A program made the translations under genes and the position numbers. From a virus: a stretch of DNA of 64,000 nucleotides. Of this stretch, positions 47,693 to 57,365 are shown piece after piece; the first letter of the stretch is position 1; every line of letters begins with the position of its first letter. The DNA lies in IMG/VR virus record IMGVR_UViG_3300046167_000921, positions 1 through 64,000 of that record. One strand, given 5' to 3'. The notes below the pieces were generated by a model that saw only the letters and a program-made list of their open reading frames with translations, was not told the DNA's origin and ran no database searches.

Positions 47693-48274
47693 ATGGCTCT
47701 ACTTGGACAAGCAAGTGGTGGGTTCACTGAGAGCAGTTCTGCACTCCGTATTCTGCACGTCGGTGTTCGTAACACCCTCGGTCAGCTTACTGCAGACAGT
47801 TTCACTCAGACTAACCCTCCTGTAACGACCGATACAGATCGCATTAGTACTTCTGCAGGTATGCAGACCAACGTTCTTGGTGTACTTAGCGGGTCAATCG
47901 CATTCACTAGGTCTGATGAGGGTGTAAACTTTCACGGTGGACCTACCGCAGTCAACCCCGCAACTGAGCGTGTACTCGGTGTTTTCATTAACAATGCTTC
48001 TGGCAATGCTTTTGAGAACCAACCTGGCGTAGCAAGCAACAGGGGACCTTATGTTTCTGCACAGGGTTCTTACGCGAACAGCCTCTATGAGACATCTCGC
48101 ACTGACGCGGACCAAGCTATCACCTACAGTGCTGGCGACAGCCTCAGAGCTTCTGTCAACGGTTATCTCACTAACGATGCAAACGAGAGAGCTAGTGATA
48201 CGATTGAGATCGCTATCCTCAAAATTGCCCCAGACTCTAACTCAGACGAGTTGGTTTACGATCAACGCATCTGA
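47693..48274 (+). CDS. Capsid decoration/cement protein
   Basis: Immediately upstream of the major capsid gene; YSAGDSLRASVNGYLTN. Confidence 0.65.
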   Translation: MALLGQASGGFTESSSALRILHVGVRNTLGQLTADSFTQTNPPVTTDTDRISTSAGMQTNVLGVLSGSIAFTRSDEGVNFHGGPTAVNPATERVLGVFINNASGNAFENQPGVASNRGPYVSAQGSYANSLYETSRTDADQAITYSAGDSLRASVNGYLTNDANERASDTIEIAILKIAPDSNSDELVYDQRI

Positions 48275-48295
48275 TTATAGGAAAGGACGTATAAA

Positions 48296-49174
48296 ATGAG
48301 TAACACAGTTGACAATAGCGTAAAACAGAAGATCATCAGCGACTACATCAAGACCCCTCAGGGTCGTGCGAAGCTCGCGGCTTCTATGACACAGCCACTC
48401 CGCCTTCGTCGTGACTATACGAGTGTTGGTCGTAAGACCTTCCTCGTTGAGCAACTCCCAGACGGAGCGTTGCCGATTTATGACAAAGATCCAGACGTGA
48501 CTGCATTTGTAGTTGGTGAAGAGGGTGAGAACATCCTCGCTATCACTAAGCCTCGTCGTGTGATTTTCCCACTCTTCGAGATCGCATCTAACCCTGAGAT
48601 CCCACTCACGCAGATTAAAGAGCGTCGCTTCGACCTCATCGAGCGTGCTCAGGATCTCGCTAGGGCTCAGATTCAGGCTGCTGAGGACGAGCGTGTATTC
48701 GCGATTCTCGACGCAGTCGCGGCTAACGGCTTCGATAGCGTTGCAGGTCAGACTAACGCTGACATCCCTGTCATCGCCCCTCTTAACGGTGCTGTTCTTG
48801 CTGATGCATACAGCCTCATCGAGCGTCACGACCTCCGCGTTGCTCGCATCTTCATGAATGCTCGTGACTATGCTGACATCCGTAAGTTCGGTCGTGACAT
48901 CCTCGACATCGAGTCACAGGCTTCACTCCTCAAGACAGGCCTTCAGGCTACTCTTTGGGGTGCTCAGATCATCACTAGTCGTCTCGTACCTGTCGGTACT
49001 GTCTACGCTACCTGTGAGCCTGAGATGTTCGGACGTATCCCTGTTCGTACTGAGCTTACCGTTCTCTCTGCTGATGACCCGAAGGCTCGTACCATCGGTT
49101 TCTCATGCTTCGAGAATCTCGGTATTGGTGCATACAACCCACGCGGTCTTGCACGACTCACTGTCACTCGCTAA
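48296..49174 (+). CDS. Major capsid protein (HK97-like fold)
   Basis: GRAKLAASMTQPLR..RDY..VGRKTFLVEQLPDGALPIYDKD; ...ENLGIGAYNPRGLARLTV; strongly biased codons; terminator follows. Confidence 0.85.
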   Translation: MSNTVDNSVKQKIISDYIKTPQGRAKLAASMTQPLRLRRDYTSVGRKTFLVEQLPDGALPIYDKDPDVTAFVVGEEGENILAITKPRRVIFPLFEIASNPEIPLTQIKERRFDLIERAQDLARAQIQAAEDERVFAILDAVAANGFDSVAGQTNADIPVIAPLNGAVLADAYSLIERHDLRVARIFMNARDYADIRKFGRDILDIESQASLLKTGLQATLWGAQIITSRLVPVGTVYATCEPEMFGRIPVRTELTVLSADDPKARTIGFSCFENLGIGAYNPRGLARLTVTR

Positions 49175-49231
49175 TACCTAGTATTTAGCTTGCGACAAGC
49201 CCCTCTGTCTCGGCGGGGTCTAGTCAAGAAG

Positions 49232-49269
49232 AAACCCTGTCTTCCGAATGGAGGATGGGGTTTTTTTTT
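49232..49269 (+). terminator. Rho-independent terminator
   Basis: AAACCCTGTCTTCC-gaat-GGAGGATGGGGTTT followed by a T tract. Confidence 0.85.
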
Positions 49270-49331
49270 ATTTCTCCCACATTCTAAATTGATAACACGT
49301 TTATACGAACCGAGATAGAAATAGGAGAGAG

Positions 49332-49595
49332 ATGATGTATATAAACTGGTCGAAAATACTAGAGAAAGCAAACCTCGTGACACTGAGATTACACTTTGAT
49401 CTCATGTCTGCCTTGGAGTCTCTAGATGAAAACCCTAAAGACGTGACTGAAGACGAGATTCGTTACGCAATCATGCGAGGGAGAGACCGACTAGCCCAAG
49501 CATCAGGGCAAGATAAAGCTCTTTTAATAGAGATTGTGTCCGCCCTTGAAATTGAAATGAACAGTAGAAAACATTCGCGGACAATGAGCCTGTGA
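49332..49595 (+). CDS. Hypothetical protein
   Basis: AGGAG SD. Confidence 0.6.
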   Translation: MMYINWSKILEKANLVTLRLHFDLMSALESLDENPKDVTEDEIRYAIMRGRDRLAQASGQDKALLIEIVSALEIEMNSRKHSRTMSL

Positions 49596-49611
49596 GTAGA
49601 GGGGAGTATTT

Positions 49612-50475
49612 ATGAGAAAGCTATATAACACTAAGAGAAAGCTCTCGATCTCGCCCACCTTCAAGATTTTGGGTGGAGTCCTCCGTAAATGGGGAGAGAT
49701 CCGACACCTTGAAGAGGTTGCCATCATATACAAAAATGGCTCTATCTCTAGGTACTCTCAAGATCCCGATTCTCCTTTCTATATCAGTGTCTTCCCTTAC
49801 ATAAACAAAATGGAAGTCTTCGGGATATCTAATAAATGGCGACGTTACAATGGCTCTTGGGATTTCGTCACTCACGTATATGACCATGAGGGACGACCAG
49901 GACCTTTGCGGGCCGAAAAGACCGAAAAGACCATCAAGGGTGCTCGCCAGGCTGGCATTCAAGCTGTCAAAGATCACTATGTTCAAGTGAATAAAACTCT
50001 CATGCAAGATCCGCAAGAGAGGTTAGAGGAAGAGCTGGTAAGAGCACTCAAGGGCCACGATTGGTATTACGCGATGAGTGATGACCATAGAAAAAATATG
50101 AGCGGGCGAGACTCTATGAGGCGTATTAAGCACCTAATGCGTGAGATGGAAGACTCTGATAGAGCAGAAGAGCTATTTAGAAAGTATGCACCCGAGGGCA
50201 TAGAAGGAAAAGGCATCATACCTAAGAAGAGACCTATCGTGGAGGGAGACATCTTCTTTAAAAAAGACCCTCATGGATTTGATGTTCTTTATTGGTACGA
50301 AGTCTTGAAAGTAAACCGCAGGAGTCTTGTGCTTAGAGAGAAGAACTTCAAGAAGAGTAAGTATAACTCAAAAGAATATCTTGGAGATCCTTTTAGAGTC
50401 CCCTATCCTCAGAGAAAGTGGAATGTCATTAAGTACAAAGGCATCACTTACACCTTACAGGGTACGCAGTTTTAA
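49612..50475 (+). CDS. Hypothetical multidomain protein with an HDWYYAMSDD phage domain
   Basis: LKGHDWYYAMSDDH motif common in phages; GGGGAG SD. Confidence 0.7.
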   Translation: MRKLYNTKRKLSISPTFKILGGVLRKWGEIRHLEEVAIIYKNGSISRYSQDPDSPFYISVFPYINKMEVFGISNKWRRYNGSWDFVTHVYDHEGRPGPLRAEKTEKTIKGARQAGIQAVKDHYVQVNKTLMQDPQERLEEELVRALKGHDWYYAMSDDHRKNMSGRDSMRRIKHLMREMEDSDRAEELFRKYAPEGIEGKGIIPKKRPIVEGDIFFKKDPHGFDVLYWYEVLKVNRRSLVLREKNFKKSKYNSKEYLGDPFRVPYPQRKWNVIKYKGITYTLQGTQF

Positions 50476-50478
50476 AAC

Positions 50479-50542
50479 CTCATCGAGCCTCTTTTTTTTA
50501 TAAGTGTCAACACACAAACTTATTTAAAGGAGGCTCGATGAG
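50479..50542 (+). promoter_or_regulatory. 13-bp perfect inverted repeat masking an SD and ATG
   Basis: CTCATCGAGCCTC ... GAGGCTCGATGAG, with TTTTATAAG in between. Confidence 0.65.
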
Positions 50543-50670
50543 CATTGAATCTATAGTCCATGCCGTATCTCGATAATGACCCTGAAGGACATTGGGAGCG
50601 GAACTTCTAGGCCTTTCCGCCTGAACAATAATATTTCTATAAGCAGTCAAGCTGTAAAGGAGAAAATAAG

Positions 50671-51420
50671 ATGAAGTTAACACCAAGAGATAAGAAGGTA
50701 ATTGATTCTTTCATTGCAAAGAAACCAATGGTTTCAAAAAAGCTGTCTACAGACGGCAAAGTCCTAAATAAGAACGCCCAATTATATTCTCACTTAGAAT
50801 ATATAGGGGTAGCTGAGTGGGGGGGGAGTCATATTAAACAAGTAAGCGACTACCCTGAGGAACTTGCAACCATTGTGAACTATATGACGAAGGAAGCTCT
50901 TCGAAGAGGCATCTCGGTGTTCGATTTTTGGGGTCGTGAAAAGAAGCTGAAGGCGATCACTCTCACTCCTAAAGACAAGAAGGTCATCGAGTCTTTTATC
51001 GCAAAGAGGCCTGCACGGTCTAGGAAGCTTGAGTCTTACGGACATTCCCTTGAGTGCTTGCTGACTAGTAGGGTATTATTCCAACATGACGTGACAGGGG
51101 ACTTTGTGATTAGAGATCGGAAGTCTCAACGGGGTTCCGCGATTCACAGGTGGCATGATACTGTTTTTTCCTATCTCAAGAAGAAGAGTAGGAAGGACAC
51201 AATCCTCGCAGAAAACTATAAAAACCTCGCTGAATACATGAAGGACATCTTAAGAGAGAAGACCATTGAGTTCAATGAAGTGAGAAGTATAGATAGGAAG
51301 CCTAGCGAGAGGCATATCCAAGAGGTCTGGGAGTCTGGTTTGATTGATGAAGAGATCCGTAGGGTGGACGAGGCTATCTCTGACTATCAGCACATGACAG
51401 ACGTAGGGTTTCAAGACTAA
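50671..51420 (+). CDS. Protein with two copies of an LTxKDKKVIxSF domain
   Basis: LTPRDKKVIDSFIAKKPMVSKKL and LTPKDKKVIESFIAKRPARSRKL. Confidence 0.75.
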   Translation: MKLTPRDKKVIDSFIAKKPMVSKKLSTDGKVLNKNAQLYSHLEYIGVAEWGGSHIKQVSDYPEELATIVNYMTKEALRRGISVFDFWGREKKLKAITLTPKDKKVIESFIAKRPARSRKLESYGHSLECLLTSRVLFQHDVTGDFVIRDRKSQRGSAIHRWHDTVFSYLKKKSRKDTILAENYKNLAEYMKDILREKTIEFNEVRSIDRKPSERHIQEVWESGLIDEEIRRVDEAISDYQHMTDVGFQD

Positions 51421-51682
51421 TGCATGGTTTAAGACTTCCTAAACTAACGCAAAGAGACAAGAGTGTGATCCAAGACTTTGTGGATAAGAGGCAGTTTTAT
51501 TCCAAAAAGCTTCTTTCAAACAGCGAAGCACTTGAGTGTAAAGTGACCAAGTGCTTTTCTATTGGGGAGAAGAGGGCAAAATTAAATGGAATAGTTGGGT
51601 TTTCAGTCACTTAGATTTCTCTGACTTGTGGCTACGGCATGTATCAAACTATGTCTGTAACAGGTATGGCGACATACTCTAA
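51420..51682 (+). CDS. Third LTxxDKxVI-domain gene, frameshifted near 51550 (pseudogene or indel error)
   Basis: LTQRDKSVIQDFVDKR...; adding one G restores KVLFYWGEEGKIKW...GDIL*. Confidence 0.55.
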
Positions 51683-51730
51683 TAGTTTATCTATCCTCGT
51701 CTTTCTCTACACCAACAAAGGAGAAATGCT

Positions 51731-52246
51731 ATGGACAGGATTGAACAGATAACTAGACAGTTCCTCCGTGAGAAGAAAGCCGCCGACTTCTTGGCAGAAG
51801 ACAGGGAAGCAGGGGGGCATCGACCTGGTTCTTACATGAGCAGGCAGAACCTCGCACATATGTTGAATCAGGTCATTTCTATCTGTCAGCAAATGGGGCA
51901 TGAGGAAGAGCTTGAAGATTGGGTTGAGGACAAGATATCTCACGCCCATGCCGCTCTTTCAGATGTCGCGAGATATATTGAATATGGAGACCGCGAACCT
52001 TCTTTAAAAATGGCAGAAGACGGCCTAGTCGCGAGTGAAGACGAGAGAATGGCTCACCGAACTTGGACGAAGAAGCAGTGGAAAGAACACCTTGAGAAGT
52101 ATCCTGAGATGGCCTACTACCAAGGAACTTACAATAGAGGTAAGTTTAACCCCGCCAAAGCTAACAAGAACATTAAAGAGTTCGGCCTTGAGAAGGAAAT
52201 GGAGGCAGGTAAATTTAAGCCTAAAAAGAAAGCGAGATGGAGATGA
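51731..52246 (+). CDS. Conserved phage head-associated-type protein
   Basis: YMSRQNL...LEDWVEDKISHAHAALSDVARYIEYG domain seen in large phages; REKKAA. Confidence 0.7.
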   Translation: MDRIEQITRQFLREKKAADFLAEDREAGGHRPGSYMSRQNLAHMLNQVISICQQMGHEEELEDWVEDKISHAHAALSDVARYIEYGDREPSLKMAEDGLVASEDERMAHRTWTKKQWKEHLEKYPEMAYYQGTYNRGKFNPAKANKNIKEFGLEKEMEAGKFKPKKKARWR

Positions 52247-52719
52247 ACTCAGCTACTAGAGTAGCTTCTGCTCACATGAGAAAAGAAGCCGCAAGTGGTC
52301 TCTTTGGGTTCACCAAATCTATCCAGAGAGAGGGTGAGTCAGCCATCAAGAGGGTAAAGAAGCAGGCGGAGAAGATCTCCACACAGCTTGAAAAGAGACA
52401 TCCTGAAGCAGGGGTCTATTTAACTTTGAGATGCACCAAAGCGGGTTGTGTTCCTTCTAAGGCATTAGCTAAGGTATGTATCTTCAACCGACCCCAAACT
52501 AGGGTCTTGAAAGGCCCTATGGGATTTAAGCCATCTACGGCTAAGGCTTCCCAGAAAGCGATCTCGGACATACTCTTGTTTGCGGGCGAGGTTGGATATA
52601 CTCTGTATCATAAGAAGAACGACGTACTTCCTTTCTTAACATCCTACGCGAAACGGAAGAGATGCCCCTACGCCAAGCTCTTAACTGAAGCGTACCCCCA
52701 CATTCAGAGTGGCCTATGA
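52237..52719 (+). CDS. Hypothetical basic Cys-containing protein
   Basis: RVASAHMRKEAASGLFGF; two internal repeats. Confidence 0.7.
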   Translation: MEMNSATRVASAHMRKEAASGLFGFTKSIQREGESAIKRVKKQAEKISTQLEKRHPEAGVYLTLRCTKAGCVPSKALAKVCIFNRPQTRVLKGPMGFKPSTAKASQKAISDILLFAGEVGYTLYHKKNDVLPFLTSYAKRKRCPYAKLLTEAYPHIQSGL

Positions 52720-53447
52720 GATCTCTATTCTTGTCCTTCTTGATATTCCCCTCACTGAGCTTTGCCCAAGTGAATATGGAATCAGATCGCGGAGGAGACA
52801 AAGAAGGATGGGGTCTTAAGACAGACTTTGGCATCACCCTACAGTCGGGTAATGTCGAGACATTCTCTTATAAGCTTGGGCTCAGGGCTGATCTCGCGAG
52901 AGGGAAAAACCACCTTTACCTTGTCCTGAACAATCAGTATGGGGAAGAGGGTGGCGTAAGCTTTAGGGATCAGGGATTTGGACACATTAGGTGGACACAT
53001 ATGAGAGGGCCTGTTGGGTTTGAGACCTTTACTCAAGTAGAATATGACGACTTTCGACTTCTCCAGACGAGGCAGTTGAATGGTTTAGGATTAAGAGTTG
53101 AGTTCATGGAAGTCTTAGCTGTCGGCATCAGTGGAATGTCTGATTTCGAGTCTATTCAGAAGAGAGACGAAGGTCAATTAGATTGGCGTGGGTCTTCTTA
53201 TATCAGCTTAGATGAGGATTTAGGAGAGTCTTTCAAGATCCACGTCGTAAGTTATTACCAACCTCTTTTTAAGGACTTCTCTGATTGCCGCCTATATAGC
53301 ATAGCTACGCTATCAGCCTCTGTCACGAAAACCTTCTCGATTAAGAATCAAGTATCTTATGCCTTCGACACAAGACCCCCCGACGGTGTCGAGAAGAAAG
53401 ATCTTCAATTCATAGTGAGCTTTGAATTGAAGACTTCGGGGGAATAG
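52716..53447 (+). CDS. DUF481/YdiY-like outer-membrane beta-barrel protein
   Basis: Signal peptide ending SFA; GITLQSGN, TQVEYDDF, VSYYQP, FSDCR, YAFDTRPP alternating beta strands. Confidence 0.8.
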   Translation: MRSLFLSFLIFPSLSFAQVNMESDRGGDKEGWGLKTDFGITLQSGNVETFSYKLGLRADLARGKNHLYLVLNNQYGEEGGVSFRDQGFGHIRWTHMRGPVGFETFTQVEYDDFRLLQTRQLNGLGLRVEFMEVLAVGISGMSDFESIQKRDEGQLDWRGSSYISLDEDLGESFKIHVVSYYQPLFKDFSDCRLYSIATLSASVTKTFSIKNQVSYAFDTRPPDGVEKKDLQFIVSFELKTSGE

Positions 53448-53480
53448 TTTTTTTATGGTTTACTCTTTAATAAAAGGAGA

Positions 53481-55145
53481 GTGAGCATGAAAAGCCCATC
53501 AGAACAAATCTTAGACCTTCTGTCTGAATACAAAAACCTTAAAATCAAATCCGCCAAGAAGTCTTTAAGAAAGATACTAGGTAAGTTTGATGTCGAGTTA
53601 GTCTCTTACGAACTTCGAACTAGGTTTCTTGATCAGGTTGAAGTGAAATTAAAAAAAGAGTTCTCTTTACCTAAGCACTTGAAGAGGGAGTACCCTGAGC
53701 TAGTAGGGGAGACCTTCAGCTTAGGTCACTTCATGCAAAAACAGAGTATGATTAAAGGAGTCCCAGAGATTGGTATGCACCAAGAGAATATGTGGGTGAT
53801 AGACCTTAACTACGCCCTCAAGACGTGGATGTTGCAGTATGGTTGCGACATTGAGGTTCTCGTAGGAGATCGTAAAGACTACCCCCTGAAGAAGAAATAC
53901 ACATCCTTAGTTAAAAGAAGATTGCACAGATATGGCTGGAAAGCTCAGTTGCTTGTTAAAATGGGCTTAGGCTTATTTGGGGGTCTCTTCTGGAAGCTTG
54001 CCTATGAAACCATAATGAAGATAGACGACAACCCTTTCTTAGACTTGTCTAAAGACAGCTTAAATCGTTTGAAGAGAGTCGGCTCTAGCCAAGCGAGCTG
54101 GGCTATCCTTTCAAGCGGAGTGTCTCAGTCAAGAGTGGAAGCACATATCATCCGACTCACTGTAAACCAGCTCCTTAACTCACTAGAGAAGAGTCCGCTC
54201 AAAGAAGAGCTCTATAAGCATGTTGGAGATAATCTACAGGCTCTCCCAGCCCACTTGTCGAAGCTCGAAAGAAGCTTAGATAGGACAAACTACGCTCTTA
54301 TCACTATGGGAGGTGATTGGTATCGCCAGAGATTGGTTCACGAAGACCGAGAAATGGTAGATATGGCAAGCAAGTTTAACCCCCTTCCTGTGCCTTCTAC
54401 CATTAAGAAGTCTCATTTAAAGCAGGCTAACCTCTTTAAAGACCTGATAAAGAAGACCTTTTACACAAAGACAGAGAATCTCCTCTCGGCGGTTGAGGAG
54501 ATTAAAAAAGTCCCAGAAGCCGAAAGACGAGGGGTTCAAAAAAAACTCATGTCTGAACTCGAGGTTCACAAGAAAAAGTTTATAGAAAAGGCATATGGAG
54601 TGCTGGAGAGTAAACTTGAAGGTTTCCAATACGAGATCATAAGGTTCGAACCCAGTTCTAAATTATACTCTAACATCACAGTCCGAAAGAAAGATCAGAA
54701 AACTAAGTTCTCGCTCAAGACTTTAGAGTCTTCATTGAAGAAAAAAGCGAGAGAAGAAGAGCTGAGCCTCACACCGAAGACTAGGTTCAAAGATTTGTTG
54801 TTTGTCCTTGAGAATTGGAAATTCCAATATGGGCAGTATATTCTAATGTTAATCGGAGAGTCCTCCTTAACCTTCTCAGAAAAAGATACTAAGCTAGTTG
54901 CTAGGCTAAGTCGGTGGCTTAGTATAGGAGCAAAGAAGGCGATCATCCTCTTGAAAGCTTTGTTCTTGTTTTTCGACCCTAGTGCTTTGGGTATTATAAT
55001 TACCTTCCTACTCCTGCCAAAGACTCTCGGCTATCAACCCCCTGCGATGGCGTTTGGGTCTGCCTTATTCATTGCTTTTGCAAGCATGATCTTCATCGGC
55101 AGAGAGAGAGCAGTCCCACATTGGAAGAGGTTTAAGAGAATTTAG
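53481..55145 (+). CDS. Three-part protein: two hydrophobic-hairpin domains flanking a helical domain (GTG start)
   Basis: WMLQYG and WKFQYG repeats, each followed by hydrophobic helices; central LERSLDRTNYAL. Confidence 0.75.
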   Translation: MSMKSPSEQILDLLSEYKNLKIKSAKKSLRKILGKFDVELVSYELRTRFLDQVEVKLKKEFSLPKHLKREYPELVGETFSLGHFMQKQSMIKGVPEIGMHQENMWVIDLNYALKTWMLQYGCDIEVLVGDRKDYPLKKKYTSLVKRRLHRYGWKAQLLVKMGLGLFGGLFWKLAYETIMKIDDNPFLDLSKDSLNRLKRVGSSQASWAILSSGVSQSRVEAHIIRLTVNQLLNSLEKSPLKEELYKHVGDNLQALPAHLSKLERSLDRTNYALITMGGDWYRQRLVHEDREMVDMASKFNPLPVPSTIKKSHLKQANLFKDLIKKTFYTKTENLLSAVEEIKKVPEAERRGVQKKLMSELEVHKKKFIEKAYGVLESKLEGFQYEIIRFEPSSKLYSNITVRKKDQKTKFSLKTLESSLKKKAREEELSLTPKTRFKDLLFVLENWKFQYGQYILMLIGESSLTFSEKDTKLVARLSRWLSIGAKKAIILLKALFLFFDPSALGIIITFLLLPKTLGYQPPAMAFGSALFIAFASMIFIGRERAVPHWKRFKRI

Positions 55146-55199
55146 CAGCCCCCCGTCTCTTTTCGATAATATCGGTGAAGATATTTATTAGAGAAAGAG

Positions 55200-57365
55200 A
55201 TGATTATGAGAGTTTTAGAGAATAAGTTTAAGAGCAAATGTTACGTCTGCGGGGTTACGGTTCAGCCCGCAGACGGCTTCGCGGTTGAAGAGATACCGCG
55301 TGTTTGGAAAACCGTTTGTAAGAACAGCGGTTGCCACAGCCAAGTCAAGGGGCTGACCGAATTACTGAACCGACCAAACACTAGAGAGATTACTTCAAAA
55401 GGGATGGTTAACATCTACCCTTTCGATTGGAGTGCCCTCCCTAAGATTAAAACCTTTCCTGGAGCGAGGTTTGATGGGAATACCAAAAGCTGGTTTATCT
55501 CCCTTGACCCTTCAGACCGAGATCGAGTAGTTAAGGTCGCAAAGGATCTCCGCCTTGATCTCCCTAAAGGGTTTGAAAAGGTCGAAGCCACATCCGAAGT
55601 TAAAGAAGCTATCGCGAGAGGAGAAGCAGTTGGAGCTTACCCTTACCAACTTAAGGGCATTGAGTTCTTGGCGGGTAAGAAGCATGCCCTCCTCGCGGAC
55701 GACATGGGGCTCGGTAAGACCATTCAGTCTCTTGTCGCCCTCCCTGAGAACGCAAAGTGCATCTTCCTCTGCCCCGCTACCCTCAAGAGCAATGTTGCGA
55801 ATGAGGTTAATAAATGGCGTCCAGATCTTACCCCTGTGGTCATCTGTGGTCGAAAAGGGTTTAGGGTTCCTTCAAAGGGTGAAGTGGTAATTGTTAACTA
55901 TGATATCTTGCCCTCTTGCTTCACACCTACGGATAAGTGGGGCGAGGAGTCAAGCACGCCTTCTTCTTGGGTTCAATCTCTATCTGAGACCGTCCTGATT
56001 GCAGATGAGGTTCACGTCTGTAAGAACCCAAAGGCATCTAAGTCTAAGAAGACAAAGGTTCTCAGTAAGATGTGCCTCAGAGTTTGGGCTATGACAGGTA
56101 CGCCTATCATGTCTAAAGCTCTAGATATGTGGGGTGTCCTTCAAGCGTTCGATTTAGAGCGTAAAGTATTCGGTAGCTGGAAAAACTTTGTTCAACTCAT
56201 GAATGGAGAGAAGCAATGGGTTTCAGCTACCGCTTCAAAGTGGGTCTTTGGAACTCCTTCCCCTATGGTAACAGAGACTCTTCGAAAGTTGATGCTCCGT
56301 AGGTTGAAGAAAGACGTTCTCCCCGACCTTCCCGCTAAGACTTACCAAGACATCCTTGTAGACGTAAATTCTAAGTCTCTGTTCAATAAGACAGAGAAGC
56401 TCATGGTAGATGTTAAGCATCTTACTCCTAACGAGCCTTTACCTCACTTCGAGAAGTTCTCAAAGCTTCGAGCAGCACTCGCTAAAGACCGCATCCCAGC
56501 TCTCATCGAGCAGGTTGAGTCTTTTGAGGAGGCAGATGAGCCTGTCGTGGTCTTCTCGGCACACAAAGAGCCTATGAAGGCTCTGGCTCAAAGAGATGGT
56601 TGGGGTACCATTACTTCAGACACCACCCTCGAAGGCCGTAAAGAGATTGTCAGGCAGTTTCAAGACGGGTTTCTCAAGGGCGTAGGTTTGACCATCAAGG
56701 CGGGCGGAGTAGGCCTTACCTTGACCCGAGCTAGTAAGATGATCTTCGTAGACATGGAGTGGAATCCTGCTTTGAACACTCAGGCGGAAGACAGGATCTG
56801 CCGCATCGGTCAGCAAGCGGATAATATCCAATATGTGCGACTTGTCAGCAACTGTGCCCTTGACATCCATGTACATAATATCCTCCACGCAAAAGCAGAG
56901 ATGATCCACAAGGCATTGGAGAGTGAAGACTCGCCTGTGGTCTTCACTCCAACTCCCGCTATCGACCTTTCTACGAAAGTGGTGCAGGAGACTCCAGAGG
57001 AGGCTCAAAAGAGAATCGAAGACCTTAGAGAAGCAAAGAAGCGAGCAGGGGAAAAGCTGGCTCAAGCATCTGCCACAGCAAAGATCACTGCTCGCCGAAG
57101 CTCTTGGACTCGAGGTAGTCTTTTACCCGACCCCTCACCCACACAGCGTCAAGAGATCTACGCCGCCCTTGTCCTTATGTTAGGGTCTTGTGATGGTGCA
57201 GTGAGCCACGACAACGTAGGCTTTAATAAGCCTGACGCATATAATATGCGGTCAATCCGAATCTCAGGACTCTTAGGAGGAGATATCGGTCTTCAGAAAT
57301 ATGTGTGGGGTACTCTCAGGAAATACAGCCGACAGCTTGAGTCCATCTTCCCCGATCTCTTCTAA
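55200..57365 (+). CDS. SNF2/SWI2-family helicase (HARP/SMARCAL1-like)
   Basis: LLADDMGLGKT, ADEVH, MTGTP, MLRRLK, GGVGLTLT, QAEDRICRIGQ; N-terminal FPGARFD..TKSW HARP-like domain. Confidence 0.93.
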   Translation: MIMRVLENKFKSKCYVCGVTVQPADGFAVEEIPRVWKTVCKNSGCHSQVKGLTELLNRPNTREITSKGMVNIYPFDWSALPKIKTFPGARFDGNTKSWFISLDPSDRDRVVKVAKDLRLDLPKGFEKVEATSEVKEAIARGEAVGAYPYQLKGIEFLAGKKHALLADDMGLGKTIQSLVALPENAKCIFLCPATLKSNVANEVNKWRPDLTPVVICGRKGFRVPSKGEVVIVNYDILPSCFTPTDKWGEESSTPSSWVQSLSETVLIADEVHVCKNPKASKSKKTKVLSKMCLRVWAMTGTPIMSKALDMWGVLQAFDLERKVFGSWKNFVQLMNGEKQWVSATASKWVFGTPSPMVTETLRKLMLRRLKKDVLPDLPAKTYQDILVDVNSKSLFNKTEKLMVDVKHLTPNEPLPHFEKFSKLRAALAKDRIPALIEQVESFEEADEPVVVFSAHKEPMKALAQRDGWGTITSDTTLEGRKEIVRQFQDGFLKGVGLTIKAGGVGLTLTRASKMIFVDMEWNPALNTQAEDRICRIGQQADNIQYVRLVSNCALDIHVHNILHAKAEMIHKALESEDSPVVFTPTPAIDLSTKVVQETPEEAQKRIEDLREAKKRAGEKLAQASATAKITARRSSWTRGSLLPDPSPTQRQEIYAALVLMLGSCDGAVSHDNVGFNKPDAYNMRSIRISGLLGGDIGLQKYVWGTLRKYSRQLESIFPDLF

